Shown here piece by piece: positions 62,493 through 64,000 of a stretch of 64,000 nt of DNA. A program made the translations under genes and the position numbers. This DNA comes from a candidate division FCPU426 bacterium (lineage in GTDB: Bacteria > Oederibacteriota > Muellerivitia > Muellerivitales > Muellerivitaceae). The notes under the pieces were generated by a model. It did not search any database. It was given only the letters and a program-made list of their open reading frames with translations, and was not told the DNA's origin. The number at the start of each line of letters is the position of its first letter. The first letter of the stretch is position 1. The stretch lies in the NCBI GenBank assembly GCA_963847625.1, contig CAWKAR010000060.1, positions 1 through 64,000 on the forward strand, in the 5' to 3' direction.

Positions 62493-62545
62493 ATCTTTAT
62501 TGTCTTTTGGAAAATCGGCACAAACCCGAGGCCTTGGCAGCCGGT

Positions 62546-62586
62546 AAAAAAAATCCCCCATGCCTCGAAGGGAAGCATGGGGGATT
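62546..62586 (-). terminator. Intrinsic terminator of the minus-strand gene
   Basis: AATCCCCCATGC/GCATGGGGGATT stem with an adjacent A8 (U8 on the minus strand). Confidence 0.7.
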
Positions 62587-62607
62587 GAGTTCGGTTATAA
62601 AAAATAA

Positions 62608-63651
62608 TTACTTGATGGTGGCGATGCCCCACATGGCCGGATTGTCCCAGGCGTCGATGGTGGCGTTCCAAAATATCTTCTTTTCCCTCGCGCCGGCATC
62701 GCTGGCCTTGGCCACGGCCGCGTCGAACTTGTAGGATTTCCCGACGGCCCAGTCGTTTTCCAGGAGGTTGGACAAGGGGATGATCCCTGTCAAGATATAG
62801 CCCTTAGCCGTTGGAGTAACTTGAACCTTCCCGCCTTTCATGACCGTGCCGATGGGGAAAAGCCGGATGACAGGCTTGCCGGAATCACCGGTGGGAGCCA
62901 TAACAAACTGAAAGTCATAGTCCGACTTCTTCATACGGCTGGTCTGGGCCATGCTCGACTTCGAGGAGAAGTAGAGTTCCAGGCAGTCGGCGTTCCAGCA
63001 GTTGTCGAAGTTCTGCTTGTTGACCGGGCCGCGGCCCTGGGTCACTTCGCAGGCGACATAGATGTTCTTGAGGTCCGTGGCAATCCGCAAATCGGCCGAA
63101 AGGTCGGCGGCGCCGGTGACCTTGCCGATGCAGATATGGTCCTTGTTGGCCGGGGAAAGATGGATGGAGGGAACCGCAGCAAAGGGCGTCATCCCGGCAT
63201 CGATGGCCAGGGGCGCAGCGACATGTTGGATGACGGCCGGTCCGCCAGCTTCGACGGCTTTGGCGGCGGCTTTCTTGGCCCTTCTCACCCTTTTGACGGC
63301 CTTGGCCTTCGCCGGGGCCGGTTTCGCGGCGGCGGCAGCCGGAGCAACGGTGGCCACTGGAGCAACAGCGGCAGCCGGAGCAACGGCGGCTGGGGCAGCG
63401 GCGGCTGGCGAAGCGACAGCAGCAACAGGCGAAGCAACGGCGGCGGCAGTGGTATTAGTATCAGGCGGTATAACAGGCGGCTTAAGCCCGTCTTCAATCG
63501 GGGGCGGCATTGGCGGGGCGTCCGTATTAGCGGCTGGCGTAACGGCAGCCGGGGCATTCGCGGCCGGAGCAGCAACGTTATCCGCGGCCTTCACTAAGCC
63601 GTAAATCCCGACGAACAAAACACAGAACAACGCTGTCATAATGCGCTTCAT
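62608..63651 (-). CDS. Exported protein with Ala/Pro/Lys-rich linker and CBM9-like (DOMON-type) sugar-binding domain
   Basis: GGAGG RBS, signal peptide, DLSAD...NIYVACEV..WNADCLELYF..GYIL..IPLS..P.MWG. Confidence 0.78.
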   Translation of the reverse strand: MKRIMTALFCVLFVGIYGLVKAADNVAAPAANAPAAVTPAANTDAPPMPPPIEDGLKPPVIPPDTNTTAAAVASPVAAVASPAAAAPAAVAPAAAVAPVATVAPAAAAAKPAPAKAKAVKRVRRAKKAAAKAVEAGGPAVIQHVAAPLAIDAGMTPFAAVPSIHLSPANKDHICIGKVTGAADLSADLRIATDLKNIYVACEVTQGRGPVNKQNFDNCWNADCLELYFSSKSSMAQTSRMKKSDYDFQFVMAPTGDSGKPVIRLFPIGTVMKGGKVQVTPTAKGYILTGIIPLSNLLENDWAVGKSYKFDAAVAKASDAGAREKKIFWNATIDAWDNPAMWGIATIK

Positions 63652-63807
63652 CCAAAGCCTCCTTTATGTACATGGTTCTTTACTTCAATGGCCTGGATTC
63701 ACCTGACACTTGAGGACCGGGCCTTGAGGGAAAACATTGTATGCGGGGGATGAGTTTTGGGCAAATAATTTGAAAAGGGGTCAGGAGATATTTAAAACCC
63801 CAAATCT

Positions 63808-63946
63808 GTCATTGCGAGGAATACCCGTCGAATAGGCGGGTGTTTATGACGAAGCAACCTAAGTTAAAATAATGCTAAATCTTTATCCGGCAAAACCACC
63901 CATATACTGGGGTTGCTTCGCCGCACAATTCGCGGCTCGCAATGAC
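63808..63946. repeat. Palindromic MITE/RPE-like element
   Basis: GTCATTGCGAG...CGAAGCAACC ... GGTTGCTTCG...CTCGCAATGAC nested inverted repeats. Confidence 0.75.
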
Positions 63947-64000
63947 GAATAAAATTAAGGGAATTAAACCGAGTTCACACGAACCCCGAAAAATCGGTTA

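Overview
This is a 64 kb segment of a bacterial chromosome. Nearly all genes lie on the + strand, and it is mostly housekeeping: uvrC, rph-rdgB, PMM-rlmH, dinG, ruvB, a Gld-like ABC system, tal, spoIID-queA, dgt, argDFGH-lysA-dapAB, folK-dNK-panB..panCD-nadA-nadX, xseA and seven tRNAs. It also carries a sigma-54 two-component operon with two uncharacterised exported proteins and several polysaccharide-related genes (GH94, GH44, an alginate-lyase-family protein, a CBM9-like protein). A large SBBP-repeat surface protein has a Thr/Pro linker and an FlgD-Ig-like tail. That architecture suggests a diderm of the FCPU426/Goldbacteria/Elusimicrobia neighbourhood, but this is only an inference. The unusual signals are mostly non-coding. 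(1) A ~1.05 kb composite array at 57886-58920 has four interleaved repeat families on a ~21/42-bp helical phase. (2) Two homologous, covarying ~120-nt multi-hairpin elements follow tRNA-Lys and tRNA-Val, and each ends in a decayed copy of its own host tRNA 3' end. (3) A T10 tract frameshifts the lipoprotein signal of the lyase gene, which could be phase variation or a sequencing error. (4) Four copies of a REP-like palindrome bracket the array and the surface-protein gene. All functional calls come from motif recognition by eye, and no searches were run.
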